Shown here: positions 43,446 through 51,560 of the stretch, piece by piece
Numbering within the stretch: the first letter of the stretch is position 1
How the letters are laid out: the number at the start of each line of letters is the position of its first letter
Assembly (NCBI GenBank): GCA_016192545.1
Contig: JACPTX010000054.1
Location: 4,421-68,420 of the forward strand
Origin: Candidatus Omnitrophota bacterium
GTDB taxonomy: Bacteria > Omnitrophota > Gorgyraeia > Aquiviventales > Aquiviventaceae
Reading direction: 5' to 3'
DNA: 64,000 bases
Notes under the pieces: model-generated
What the model saw: the letters and a program-made list of their open reading frames with translations, nothing else
Databases searched by the model: none
What the model was told of the DNA's origin: nothing
Program-made: the position numbers and the translations under genes

Positions 43446-43733
43446 ATGGCCAATACCGTAGACCATAATTCATCCTCTCCGCAGAATCACGCCCGGGCGC
43501 ACCGGGTCATCGCCTCCCTCAACCGCGAACAGGTCGATGTCCTTGATAAGATCGGCAAGGACGCGCTGTTCTCCTCAGGCACCAAGCTCTCCCGCACCGA
43601 AATCCTCTCCGCCCTGGTGAACGTCCTGCGGCGGTTGAACCTCACCGGGGAAGGGATTCAGAGCCCGGCGCAGTTTGAGCAGCGGGTGGTGGATCTGGTC
43701 ATCAAGGCACGAGGAGGCAAACATCATGCCTAG
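43446..43733 (+). CDS. hypothetical 95-aa protein, first gene after the riboswitch (possible ribbon-helix-helix-like fold)
   Basis: ORF with no recognisable family. Its 3' end overlaps the pilT start by 8 nt. The RHH suggestion rests only on the LSRTEILSALVNVLRRL helix pattern. Confidence 0.45.
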   Translation: MANTVDHNSSSPQNHARAHRVIASLNREQVDVLDKIGKDALFSSGTKLSRTEILSALVNVLRRLNLTGEGIQSPAQFEQRVVDLVIKARGGKHHA

Positions 43734-44808
43734 CGCCACAGGGAAACAGACCGTCGAACAGCTCTTGCGGCTCGTGGTGGAGCAGGGGGCGAACGACCTC
43801 CACCTGACCGCCAACCAGCCGCCGCACATGCGCGTCAGCGACAAGCTCATCCCCATGGACCATCACGCAACCTTGAGCGGAGACGACGTGCGGGAACTCG
43901 CCTACAGCCTGTTGTCCCAGGAGAAGATCGAGCGGTTTGAGCGGTGGAAGGAGCTCGACTTCGCCTTCTCGGTCGAGGGCGTGGCGCGGTTCCGGGCGAA
44001 CTACTTCATCCAGCAGGGCCACGTGGGCGCCGCCATCCGGATGCTGCCGTTTAGGATCTACGGCTTTGAGGAGCTGGGGCTGCCGGTTCAGGTGGTGACC
44101 GATATGTGCAACAAGACCAAGGGGCTGGTGCTCGTGACCGGGGCGACCGGCTCCGGCAAAACGACCACCCTGGCCGCGATGGTCGACTTCATCAACGCCG
44201 CGCGCAACTTCCACATCATTACGGTGGAGGACCCCATCGAGTACGTCCACGACTGCAAGAAGTCGATCGTCGATCAGCGGGAGGTCGGGGCGGACACGCA
44301 ATCCTTCGCGCAGGCTCTCAAGCATGTGCTGCGGCAGGACCCCGACGTCATCCTGATCGGCGAGATGCGCGACCTGGAAACGATTGAGACCGCCCTGACA
44401 GTGGCCGAAACCGGCCACCTGGTCTTCGCCACCCTGCACACGTCGGATGCGGCCTCCACGATCAACCGGATCGTGGACGTGTTCCCGGCGCATCAGCAGA
44501 ACCAGGTCCGCATCCAGCTGTCCATGGAACTGCTGGGCGTGATCGCCCAGCAGCTGATCCCGAAGGCCAGCGGCAAGGGCCGCGTGCTGGCGGCGGAAGT
44601 CCTCCTGGCCAATCACGCGGTGCGCTCCCTCATCCGGGAGCAGAAGACCCATCAGCTGTATTCCGTGATCCAGACCGGCCAGAAAGACGGCATGAAGACG
44701 ATGAACCAGTCGCTCTACGAGCTCTACCTCAAGCAGGCGATTGCGCTGGATGACGCGCTGGCGCGGTCCGGCGATCCCGACGATTTGATGCGGCTCGTGA
44801 AGCGGTAG
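43726..44808 (+). CDS. pilT: type IV pilus retraction ATPase
   Basis: ATG 43726 lies 8 nt after GAGGAGG. Walker A GATGSGKTT, and the Asp box and His box are typical of PilT; about 360 aa. Confidence 0.9.
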   Translation: MPSATGKQTVEQLLRLVVEQGANDLHLTANQPPHMRVSDKLIPMDHHATLSGDDVRELAYSLLSQEKIERFERWKELDFAFSVEGVARFRANYFIQQGHVGAAIRMLPFRIYGFEELGLPVQVVTDMCNKTKGLVLVTGATGSGKTTTLAAMVDFINAARNFHIITVEDPIEYVHDCKKSIVDQREVGADTQSFAQALKHVLRQDPDVILIGEMRDLETIETALTVAETGHLVFATLHTSDAASTINRIVDVFPAHQQNQVRIQLSMELLGVIAQQLIPKASGKGRVLAAEVLLANHAVRSLIREQKTHQLYSVIQTGQKDGMKTMNQSLYELYLKQAIALDDALARSGDPDDLMRLVKR

Positions 44809-44839
44809 GACGAGGAGAGGGGGCCGGGAACCACAGCCC

Positions 44840-45331
44840 GTGGTGCAGATGGCGCGGCGCATCATCACGAAGCGGATCGGGGACATCCTCCTGGAGCGCG
44901 GGGTCATCACCCCCAAGCAGCTCGAGGGCGCCCTGCAGCGCCAACAAGAGCGCGGCGGGCTCTTGGGCCAGGCGCTCATCGACCTCGGGCATGTCACCGA
45001 GGAGGAAGTGGCCCTCGCCCTGACCGCCCAGTACGGCTTTCCGTATCTGCCGCTTGACAACTATGAGATTGACCGCGACGTGACCCAACTGGTCCCCGAA
45101 CATGTCGCGCGGCAGTACTGCCTGATCCCCATCGACCGGATCGGCAACGCCTTGACGGTCGCCATGGCCGACCCATCCAACTCCCAGGCGATCGAAGACA
45201 TCGAGATTCTCACCAACTGCGTGATTCAGACGTTCGTCAGCACGCCCTCCCATATCCAAAAAGCCATCAACCGCTGCTACAAGCACGAGACGGACGCCGC
45301 ACCCACCCCGCCAACCTCCAACACGTCGTAG
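44840..45331 (+). CDS. stand-alone MshEN / T2SSE_N domain protein, predicted c-di-GMP receptor
   Basis: RIGDILLERGVITPKQLEGALQRQ, a 5-residue spacer (QERGG), then LLGQALIDLGHVTEEEVALALTAQ. Together these fit the published tandem 24-residue MshEN motif, RLGxx(L/V/I)(L/V/I)xxG(L/V/I)(L/V/I)xxxxLxxxLxxQ. There is no ATPase domain. The start could be GTG 44840 or ATG 44849. Confidence 0.7.
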   Translation: MVQMARRIITKRIGDILLERGVITPKQLEGALQRQQERGGLLGQALIDLGHVTEEEVALALTAQYGFPYLPLDNYEIDRDVTQLVPEHVARQYCLIPIDRIGNALTVAMADPSNSQAIEDIEILTNCVIQTFVSTPSHIQKAINRCYKHETDAAPTPPTSNTS

Positions 45332-45341
45332 GACCGCCGCC

Positions 45342-47066
45342 ATGTCGAGCCTCAAGGAGCGTCTCATTGAGGTCCTCGTGTCCAACCGCCTGCTCACGCC
45401 GGAGCAGCTCGAAGACGCGCTGAGGATTCAGCAGCGTCAAGGCGGCAGCCTCCAGAAGATCCTCATCGACCATCGGTTCGTGGACGAGCAGCATCTCCTG
45501 GCCGCCGTCAGCCAGGGCCTGGGGGTTCCGCCGATCAGCCTGGGGCGCCTCAAGATCGACCCCGCGTTGAAGACCAAGGTCCCCCGCGAGGTCGCCAAGC
45601 AGCACCAGATTGTGCCGATTGCCTGCATGGGCAACACCCTCACCATCGCCATGGCGGATCCCTTGAACATCTTCGCGCTCGACACGCTCACGACGATGAC
45701 CGGCCTGACCATCAATCCGCTGCTGGCCTCGGCGCAGGACATCCAGGAGACGATCGATCTCTACTACGGAACCGGGATCGAAGAAACGCTGCAGGAAATC
45801 GCCAAGGGCAGCGGCGGGGCGGTGGAGGTGCTGCGGGCGGAAGCGCCGCAGGAGGAGACCGACGTCAACCGCCTCATGCAGCTCACCCAGGAGGCCCCGG
45901 TCGTCCGGATGACCGACGCGCTCCTGGCGAAGTCCGTGTCGCTCCACGCCTCCGACCTCCTCATCGAGCCGATGGAGAGGGCCGTCCGCATCCGCTATCG
46001 GGTGGACGGCGTGCTCCAGGAGGGCGAGGCGCCCCCCCGGCAGATGCAGCAGGCGGTCGTGTCCCGCATCAAGATCATGGCCGAGCTGAACATTGCGGAG
46101 CACCGGCTGCCGCAGGACGGCCACTTCGCCTTCCGGGCGGAGGGGCGGATGATCGACGTCCGCGTCTCGGTCCTGCCGACGAACTTCGGCGAGAAAATCG
46201 TCCTGCGGGTGCTGGATAAAGGGCAGATCCATCTCAATATCGATGACCTGGGGTTCTCCCCGGAAGATTTGAAAACCATCAAGCGATGCGCGGAACGTCC
46301 GCACGGCATGATCCTGTCGACCGGCCCGACCGGGTCGGGGAAGACGACGACGATGTACGCGCTCTTAAAGGCCATCGACAGCCCGGAGAAAAACATCGTG
46401 ACGGTGGAGGATCCTGTGGAATTCCAGCTTGAGGGCATCAACCAGGTCAATGCCCGGGCGGAGATCGGGCTGACCTTCGCCAAGGCCCTCCGGGCGATCC
46501 TCCGCCAGGACCCCGACGTCATCATGGTGGGGGAAATCCGCGATGCGGAAACCGCGGACATGGCCGTGAAATCCGCGTTGACCGGGCACCTGGTCTTGAG
46601 CACGCTCCATACGAACAGCGCCGCCGGCAGCATCGTGCGGCTCGTGAACATGGGGATCGAGCCGTTTCTCCTCAACTCCTGCCTCATGGCGGCGATCGGC
46701 CAGCGGCTGGTCCGGAAAATCTGCCCCCAGTGCAAAGAAACCTACCGGCCGCCGAAAGGGCTGGCGCAGAAAGCCGGTCTCCTGGGGCCGGATGGGCAGA
46801 GTCCGTCGCTGGCCAGGGGCACGGGGTGTTCCTCCTGTCTGCAGTCCGGGTATCGGGGGCGGGACGTGATTGCGGAAGTCATCGCCCTGACGCCGGACAT
46901 TCGCAGCCTGATTCTCCGGCGCGCCCAGGAACGCGAGGTGGAGGAGGCGGCCCGCAAAGCCGGGATGCGGACCCTGCGCGAGCACGGCCTGCTCAAGGCC
47001 ACGGCGCACGTCACGACGCTCGATGAGGTGTTCCGGACGACGATCGGGGAGGTGGTGGAGGGATGA
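45342..47066 (+). CDS. pilB: type IV pilus / T2SS assembly ATPase (GspE/PilB family), copy 1
   Basis: 574 aa with an N-terminal MshEN-like domain (degenerate motif), Walker A GPTGSGKTT and a C-terminal tetracysteine motif (CPQC...CSSC). Confidence 0.9.
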   Translation: MSSLKERLIEVLVSNRLLTPEQLEDALRIQQRQGGSLQKILIDHRFVDEQHLLAAVSQGLGVPPISLGRLKIDPALKTKVPREVAKQHQIVPIACMGNTLTIAMADPLNIFALDTLTTMTGLTINPLLASAQDIQETIDLYYGTGIEETLQEIAKGSGGAVEVLRAEAPQEETDVNRLMQLTQEAPVVRMTDALLAKSVSLHASDLLIEPMERAVRIRYRVDGVLQEGEAPPRQMQQAVVSRIKIMAELNIAEHRLPQDGHFAFRAEGRMIDVRVSVLPTNFGEKIVLRVLDKGQIHLNIDDLGFSPEDLKTIKRCAERPHGMILSTGPTGSGKTTTMYALLKAIDSPEKNIVTVEDPVEFQLEGINQVNARAEIGLTFAKALRAILRQDPDVIMVGEIRDAETADMAVKSALTGHLVLSTLHTNSAAGSIVRLVNMGIEPFLLNSCLMAAIGQRLVRKICPQCKETYRPPKGLAQKAGLLGPDGQSPSLARGTGCSSCLQSGYRGRDVIAEVIALTPDIRSLILRRAQEREVEEAARKAGMRTLREHGLLKATAHVTTLDEVFRTTIGEVVEG

Positions 47067-47175
47067 CCCTTCGACGCGGCCTTCGGCCTTGTGGTTCGAC
47101 GGGCTCACCATCCCTCGAACCATCCCGAGCGAGGTCGAGGGACTCAGGGTCATGGTGAGCGGAGTCGAACCATGA
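47063..47175 (+). repeat. family A palindromic intercistronic element, 109-bp long variant bounded by ATGA
   Basis: ATGA at 47063 (pilB copy 1 stop) and at 47172 (pilB copy 2 start). The ends match the short units. The interior carries an inverted copy of the right arm: GGTTCGAC...CTCACCAT against ATGGTGAG...GTCGAACC. Confidence 0.85.
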
Positions 47176-48872
47176 GCTTCAAGGATCGCCTGTCGAAGGC
47201 GCTGGTCGCCAAGGGGCTGCTGAAGGAAGAGCAGCTCGGCCAGCTGGCCCGTGAAGCGGGTGCGGCGAAGAAGAGCCTGGCGCAGGTGGTGATCGAGCGG
47301 GGTCTGGTCACGGAGACCGCGCTCGTCGGGCTCCTCGCGGAAGAGCTGGGCATCCCCACGCTGTCCCTGTCGAAATACCGGATCGATCCGGCGGTGGCCC
47401 GCATCATCCCGGAACGGATCGCCCGGCAATACACCCTGATCCCGATCACCAAATTCGGAGAACGCCTGGTCGTGGCGATGGCGGATCCGATGAACATCTT
47501 CGCGCTCGATGATCTCAAGGTGCTGACCCGCTATGCGGTGGATCCGGTGCTGGCGAAGGACGCGGACATCCGGCGCGCGATTGAGCAGGCCTACGGCCAG
47601 CCCTCCAACCTCGCGATCGCGCTCTCCGGCGACAACGGCGAGTCCGCCTCCGTGACGGAGACCGACACCCTGGACAGCACGGTCCAGCTCATGTTGTCCG
47701 AGGAAGCCGGCGATGCCCCGGTCGTCAAAGCCATCAACCTGATGATTGTGGAAGCGCTCCGCAACCGCGCCTCGGACATCCATCTGGAGCCGGTGGAGCA
47801 GGGGCTGCGCATCCGCTACCGGATCGACGGGCGCCTGCGGGAAGCGCATCGCCTGCCGAAGGCGATCCAGAGCACCGTGTTGACGCGGCTGAAGATTCTC
47901 TCAGGGCTCGACATCACGGAGTGGCGGCTGCCGCAGGATGGGCGGTTCAAAGTCCGGCTGGACGCGCGCGAGGTGGACTTCCGGGTGTCGGTGCTGCCGA
48001 TCACCCATGGCGGCAAGGTCGTGCTGCGGGTGCTGGATCAGAGCAACCTGTCCATCGGGTTGGACCACCTGGGATTCCTGCCGGAGTCGATCGAGCGGTT
48101 CAAGGAGGCCGTCAGCCGGCCCCACGGCATGATCCTGGTGACCGGCCCGACCGGCTCCGGGAAGTCCACGACGCTCTACTCGATCCTCAACCAGCTCAAC
48201 AACCCGACCCGCAACATCACGACCATCGAGGATCCGGTGGAATACCAGCTGGCGGGCATCACCCAGGTGCAGGTGAATCCCGACATCGGCCTGACGTTCG
48301 CGGCCGGGCTGCGGGCCCTGCTGCGCCAGAGCCCTGATGTGGTGATGGTCGGCGAGATCCGGGACTTTGAAACGGCTGACATCGCCATGAAAGCCAGTCT
48401 GACCGGCCAACTCGTGCTGTCCACCCTGCATACGAACGACGCGCCCTCGGCGGTCTCGCGGCTGGTGGACATGGGGGTGGAGCCGTTCCTGGTGGCCTCG
48501 AGCGCCACGCTCATCGAGGCCCAGCGGCTGGTCCGCAAGCTGTGTCCGAACTGCCGCAAGCCCGCCGAGCCGCCCAAGGATCTGCTGAAACGCTTGAACT
48601 GCTCCCCGGGGAAGGAGGCGACGTTCTTCCGGGCGGAGGGGTGTCACCTGTGCAACCGCAGCGGCTATCGGGGCCGGATGGGCATCATCGAGGTCTTGAT
48701 GGTTGATGAGCATGTGAGGGAGCTGATCGTGGGGAAGGCCCAGTCCTGGGAAATCAAGGACTATGCGGTCACGCGCCTGGGGATGACCCCGTTGCGCGAA
48801 GACGGCCTGAGGAAGGCGGCGATGGGATTGACGACGCTGGAAGAGGTCCTGCAGGTGACGTCGGAGGAGTAA
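47172..48872 (+). CDS. pilB: type IV pilus / T2SS assembly ATPase (GspE/PilB family), copy 2
   Basis: 566 aa from ATG 47172, with Walker A GPTGSGKST and CPNC...CHLC. The ORF-track start at 47091 lies inside the repeat. Confidence 0.9.
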   Translation: MSFKDRLSKALVAKGLLKEEQLGQLAREAGAAKKSLAQVVIERGLVTETALVGLLAEELGIPTLSLSKYRIDPAVARIIPERIARQYTLIPITKFGERLVVAMADPMNIFALDDLKVLTRYAVDPVLAKDADIRRAIEQAYGQPSNLAIALSGDNGESASVTETDTLDSTVQLMLSEEAGDAPVVKAINLMIVEALRNRASDIHLEPVEQGLRIRYRIDGRLREAHRLPKAIQSTVLTRLKILSGLDITEWRLPQDGRFKVRLDAREVDFRVSVLPITHGGKVVLRVLDQSNLSIGLDHLGFLPESIERFKEAVSRPHGMILVTGPTGSGKSTTLYSILNQLNNPTRNITTIEDPVEYQLAGITQVQVNPDIGLTFAAGLRALLRQSPDVVMVGEIRDFETADIAMKASLTGQLVLSTLHTNDAPSAVSRLVDMGVEPFLVASSATLIEAQRLVRKLCPNCRKPAEPPKDLLKRLNCSPGKEATFFRAEGCHLCNRSGYRGRMGIIEVLMVDEHVRELIVGKAQSWEIKDYAVTRLGMTPLREDGLRKAAMGLTTLEEVLQVTSEE

Positions 48873-48876
48873 GCGG

Positions 48877-50082
48877 ATGCCGAGTTTCGCCTACGTCGTC
48901 AAGGACAAGGCCGGGCAGACGCACCACGGCGTGCTCGACACGCCCTCGCGGCAGGCCCTCATCGAGCAGCTCTGGAAACAGGAATTCGTCGTCCTGTCGA
49001 TCGAGGAACGGCAGGCCAAGCGGGCGAGGGCCTTCTCGCCCGGCGGCGTGAAGGCGCACCAGCTGGTCGTGTTTTCGCGCCAGCTGGCGACGATGATCGG
49101 CAGCGGGATCCCCATCATCGGTTCCCTGGATGCGCTCGCCGAGCAGATGGAGGACCGGAACTTCCGGCGGATCCTGCGGCGCATGCGGGATGATGTCGAG
49201 GCCGGCTCCAGCCTGTCGGAAGCGCTGGCCAAGCACCCCCGCGCGTTCTCCGACTTCTTCCTGAACATGGTCAGAGCCGGCGAGTCGTCAGGGCGCCTGG
49301 ATGAAATCCTGGACCGGCTGGCCAACTATCTGGAAAAGATCGACGTGATGCGCCGGAAGGTCCAGGCCAGCCTGTACTATCCGGCCGTCGTGACCGTCCT
49401 GGCGATGGGGATTACCGCGTTCCTGGTCATCTTCGTCGTGCCGAAATTCAAAGACATCTTCGCCTCGCTCGGGGGGCAGCTGCCGCTCGCCACGCGCCTG
49501 CTGCTGCAGGTGAGCGATTTCATGCGCCACTTCCTCTTGCTGGAGATCGGGCTCCTGATTGCGGCCATCATCGGCTTTCGGATGTACATCGGGACCAAGG
49601 GCGGACGGGCCTGGTTCGACCGCGTCAAACTGGACCTCCCCGTCATCGGCATCCTCCTGCGGAAAGTGGCGATCGCCCGGTTTGCCAGGACGCTGGCCAC
49701 GCTCGCGCGGGCCGGCGTGCCCATCCTGACGGCGATGGAAATCGTGGCGAGGACATCCGGCAACAAAGTGATTGAGACGGCGGTGATGACCGCGCGCACG
49801 AGCGTGCGGGAAGGGGAGAACATCGCCGATCCGCTCGCCCAGAGCAAGGCGTTCCCTCCGATGGTGACGCGGATGATTTCCGTCGGGGAAAAGACCGGCG
49901 AGCTCGAGAAGATGCTGTCCAAGGTCGCCGATTTCTACGAAAGCGAGGTCGACGCCGCCGTCTCCGGGCTGACCAGCCTGATCGAACCGCTCATCATCGC
50001 GTTCCTCGGGCTGGTGATCGGCTCCATCGTCATCGCGCTCTTCATGCCGATCTTCACCATCACCCAGCTCATCCAGCGATAA
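48877..50082 (+). CDS. pilC: type IV pilus inner-membrane platform protein (GspF/PilC family)
   Basis: 401 aa with two T2SSF repeats. Confidence 0.9.
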   Translation: MPSFAYVVKDKAGQTHHGVLDTPSRQALIEQLWKQEFVVLSIEERQAKRARAFSPGGVKAHQLVVFSRQLATMIGSGIPIIGSLDALAEQMEDRNFRRILRRMRDDVEAGSSLSEALAKHPRAFSDFFLNMVRAGESSGRLDEILDRLANYLEKIDVMRRKVQASLYYPAVVTVLAMGITAFLVIFVVPKFKDIFASLGGQLPLATRLLLQVSDFMRHFLLLEIGLLIAAIIGFRMYIGTKGGRAWFDRVKLDLPVIGILLRKVAIARFARTLATLARAGVPILTAMEIVARTSGNKVIETAVMTARTSVREGENIADPLAQSKAFPPMVTRMISVGEKTGELEKMLSKVADFYESEVDAAVSGLTSLIEPLIIAFLGLVIGSIVIALFMPIFTITQLIQR

Positions 50083-50087
50083 GGGGC

Positions 50088-50117
50088 TTGACGAAGCCCC
50101 GGTCCCCACGGTATAGT
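50088..50117 (+). promoter_or_regulatory. strong sigma70-like promoter upstream of the pilin leader
   Basis: TTGACG (50088-50093), 18-nt spacer, TATAGT (50112-50117). The -35 box sits inside the hairpin GGGGCTT-GACG-AAGCCCC (50083-50100) that follows the pilC stop. Confidence 0.6.
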
Positions 50118-50123
50118 AGAAAT

Positions 50124-50346
50124 AACTCACGAGAAAGCCACACCTCCGCCACCATGCGTGGCGGATCCGCCGATGCATGTTGGCGGACGTCGAAAGGCGG
50201 GGCCGGAAAGCCACAGGCCCAAGAATGTGCAGGCAGTTGACCGTGTTCCCGGCACGGGGCGACTGACCAGCAGGGCAGCTGGGTTGCCGCATGAGGACAA
50301 CGAGCGATGGAGTGGGAGCCATTGTCCGCGCGGCAGTGGCTTTTTT
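50124..50346 (+). ncRNA. candidate structured leader / riboswitch-like attenuator, or an independent ~220-nt sRNA, upstream of the major pilin; class unknown
   Basis: Six consecutive hairpins:
- Twin TCCGCC/GGCGGA stems at 50145-50165 and 50166-50187.
- A GAAA-capped stem at 50188-50199.
- 50200-50220.
- 50234-50265.
- 50267-50282.
An antiterminator follows (50286-50290 and 50295-50300 pairing with 50322-50327 and 50330-50334). It is mutually exclusive with the terminator stem at 50318-50340. Confidence 0.5.
50318..50346 (+). terminator. intrinsic terminator inside the pilin leader
   Basis: GCCATTGTC (50318-50326) pairs with GGCAGTGGC (50332-40), with a 5-nt loop. TTTTTT follows at 50341-50346. 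Confidence 0.7.
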
Positions 50347-50407
50347 CTTGGAAGGAGGTGAGACCGCAGAGCACGCACGTAACGGCAAGGGGCAGACCCC
50401 ATGTGTC

Positions 50408-50459
50408 GGGGTCAGACCCCGTCAGTTGAGACCATTGTTCTTGAGGGGTCTGACCCCTC
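50408..50459 (+). repeat. family B palindromic repeat, preceded by degenerate partial copies at 50347-50400
   Basis: Cores at 50408-50420 and 50445-50457. AAAGGAGG (50461-50468) and the pilin ATG follow. Confidence 0.85.
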
Positions 50460-50477
50460 TAAAGGAGGCTTCATTCG

Positions 50478-51035
50478 ATGAGTCCATTCAAACGACAGGC
50501 TCGAGCAGGGTTCACCCTGATCGAGATCATGATCGTCGTGGCGATCATCGCGCTCCTGGCGGCGGTGGCGATCCCGAACGTGCTCCGCGGCCGGACCAGC
50601 GCGAATGAATCCGCGGCGATCAGCAACATGCGGGCCCTGATGAGCTCGCTGGAGATGTACCGGTCGGTCAACAACGTGTATCCGGATGACTTCGACGATG
50701 ACATGTATGGAGCCGGCGGGGACTGTGATGCTGGCGTCGCGCCGGATCCGGACTACGGTCCGCCATCGTTCTGTCTGGACCTGATCGCCGGGGACGACGT
50801 GCAGGGGTTCGACTACATCTACACCAACCTGCCGGCCGCCTGTGACAATACCGCGGGATCGGAGTGTGTGCAGTTTACGTTGACGGCCGATCCGGTCGAT
50901 GCGGGGAGAACCGGCACCCGATCCTTCTATGTGGACGAGTCCGGGACCATCCGACACTGCACGGCGGATGCGGATGACGACTTGGCGACGGTCGCCGACG
51001 AGACATTGGACGATCCGCCTGCGGACTGTGCGTAA
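50478..51035 (+). CDS. pilA: type IV (pseudo)pilin, probable major pilin
   Basis: Prepilin leader MSPFKRQARAG followed by FTLIEIMIVVAIIALLAAVAIPN. The C-terminal domain is very acidic and has six Cys. Confidence 0.85.
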   Translation: MSPFKRQARAGFTLIEIMIVVAIIALLAAVAIPNVLRGRTSANESAAISNMRALMSSLEMYRSVNNVYPDDFDDDMYGAGGDCDAGVAPDPDYGPPSFCLDLIAGDDVQGFDYIYTNLPAACDNTAGSECVQFTLTADPVDAGRTGTRSFYVDESGTIRHCTADADDDLATVADETLDDPPADCA

Positions 51036-51065
51036 TCGGATCGTGTGAATCGGTTAACTGACGTG

Positions 51066-51109
51066 CATGAAAGCGGCCCCATGTCCGGGAACGCGGGGCC
51101 GCTTTCATG
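51066..51109 (+). terminator. 15-bp perfect hairpin between the two pilin paralogues (attenuator/terminator candidate)
   Basis: CATGAAAGCGGCCCC (51066-51080) and GGGGCCGCTTTCATG (51095-51109). The loop contains ATG 51081. Confidence 0.5.
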
Positions 51110-51560
51110 TTTCCGACACGGGTTCACGTTTCTTGAGATTCTGGTCGTGGTGACGATCCTGAGTCTCCTGGCGCTGCTCGGGCTGGTCAACGTGGTGCGA
51201 GCGCGGCTGGTGGGCAACGAGACCGTCACGATTGCGAACCTCCGGGAATTATCGGTGGCCCTGCGGGCCTATCACAGTGTCAACAACACGTACCCGGATC
51301 CGCTGGGACTGCTGAGTGATGTGACGCCGCCCTATGTGTATCCGGAGCTGACCGGCGGCAGCGGCGCCAACGGGAATGCGGATCTGGCCGGCTATGCGTA
51401 TGACTACGTCTGGGAAGGCCTCGACGATTACGCGCTGATCACCAGGCCGGTGACCGAGAGGGTGACCGGCGTCAGGCGGTTTTGGGTGGACGAGACGAGT
51501 GCGATTCGGTATACCGTGGATGGGACTGACCCAACCGTCAACAGCCCGCTGATTCAATGA
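51081..51560 (+). CDS. type IV pilin paralogue
   Basis: The prepilin motif is GFTFLEILVVVTILSLLALL. It shares YHSVNNTYPD and RRFWVDETSAIRY with pilA (YRSVNNVYPD, RSFYVDESGTIRH). The start is ATG 51081, or GTG 51045 from the ORF track. Confidence 0.8.
   Translation: MSGNAGPLSCFRHGFTFLEILVVVTILSLLALLGLVNVVRARLVGNETVTIANLRELSVALRAYHSVNNTYPDPLGLLSDVTPPYVYPELTGGSGANGNADLAGYAYDYVWEGLDDYALITRPVTERVTGVRRFWVDETSAIRYTVDGTDPTVNSPLIQ

Noticed and set aside
50154-50240. Small ORFs inside the pilin leader: the 28-codon ATG 50154 frame, and ORF 50158-50361 from the track.
   Set aside because: They have no SD, and they overlap strongly paired RNA helices. The RNA-structure explanation is more parsimonious.
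50124-50346. Identification of the pilC-pilA RNA as 6S RNA, SRP RNA, tmRNA or a known riboswitch class.
   Set aside because: I could not find the diagnostic conserved motifs of any of these by eye, so the class is left unknown. A covariance-model scan is needed.
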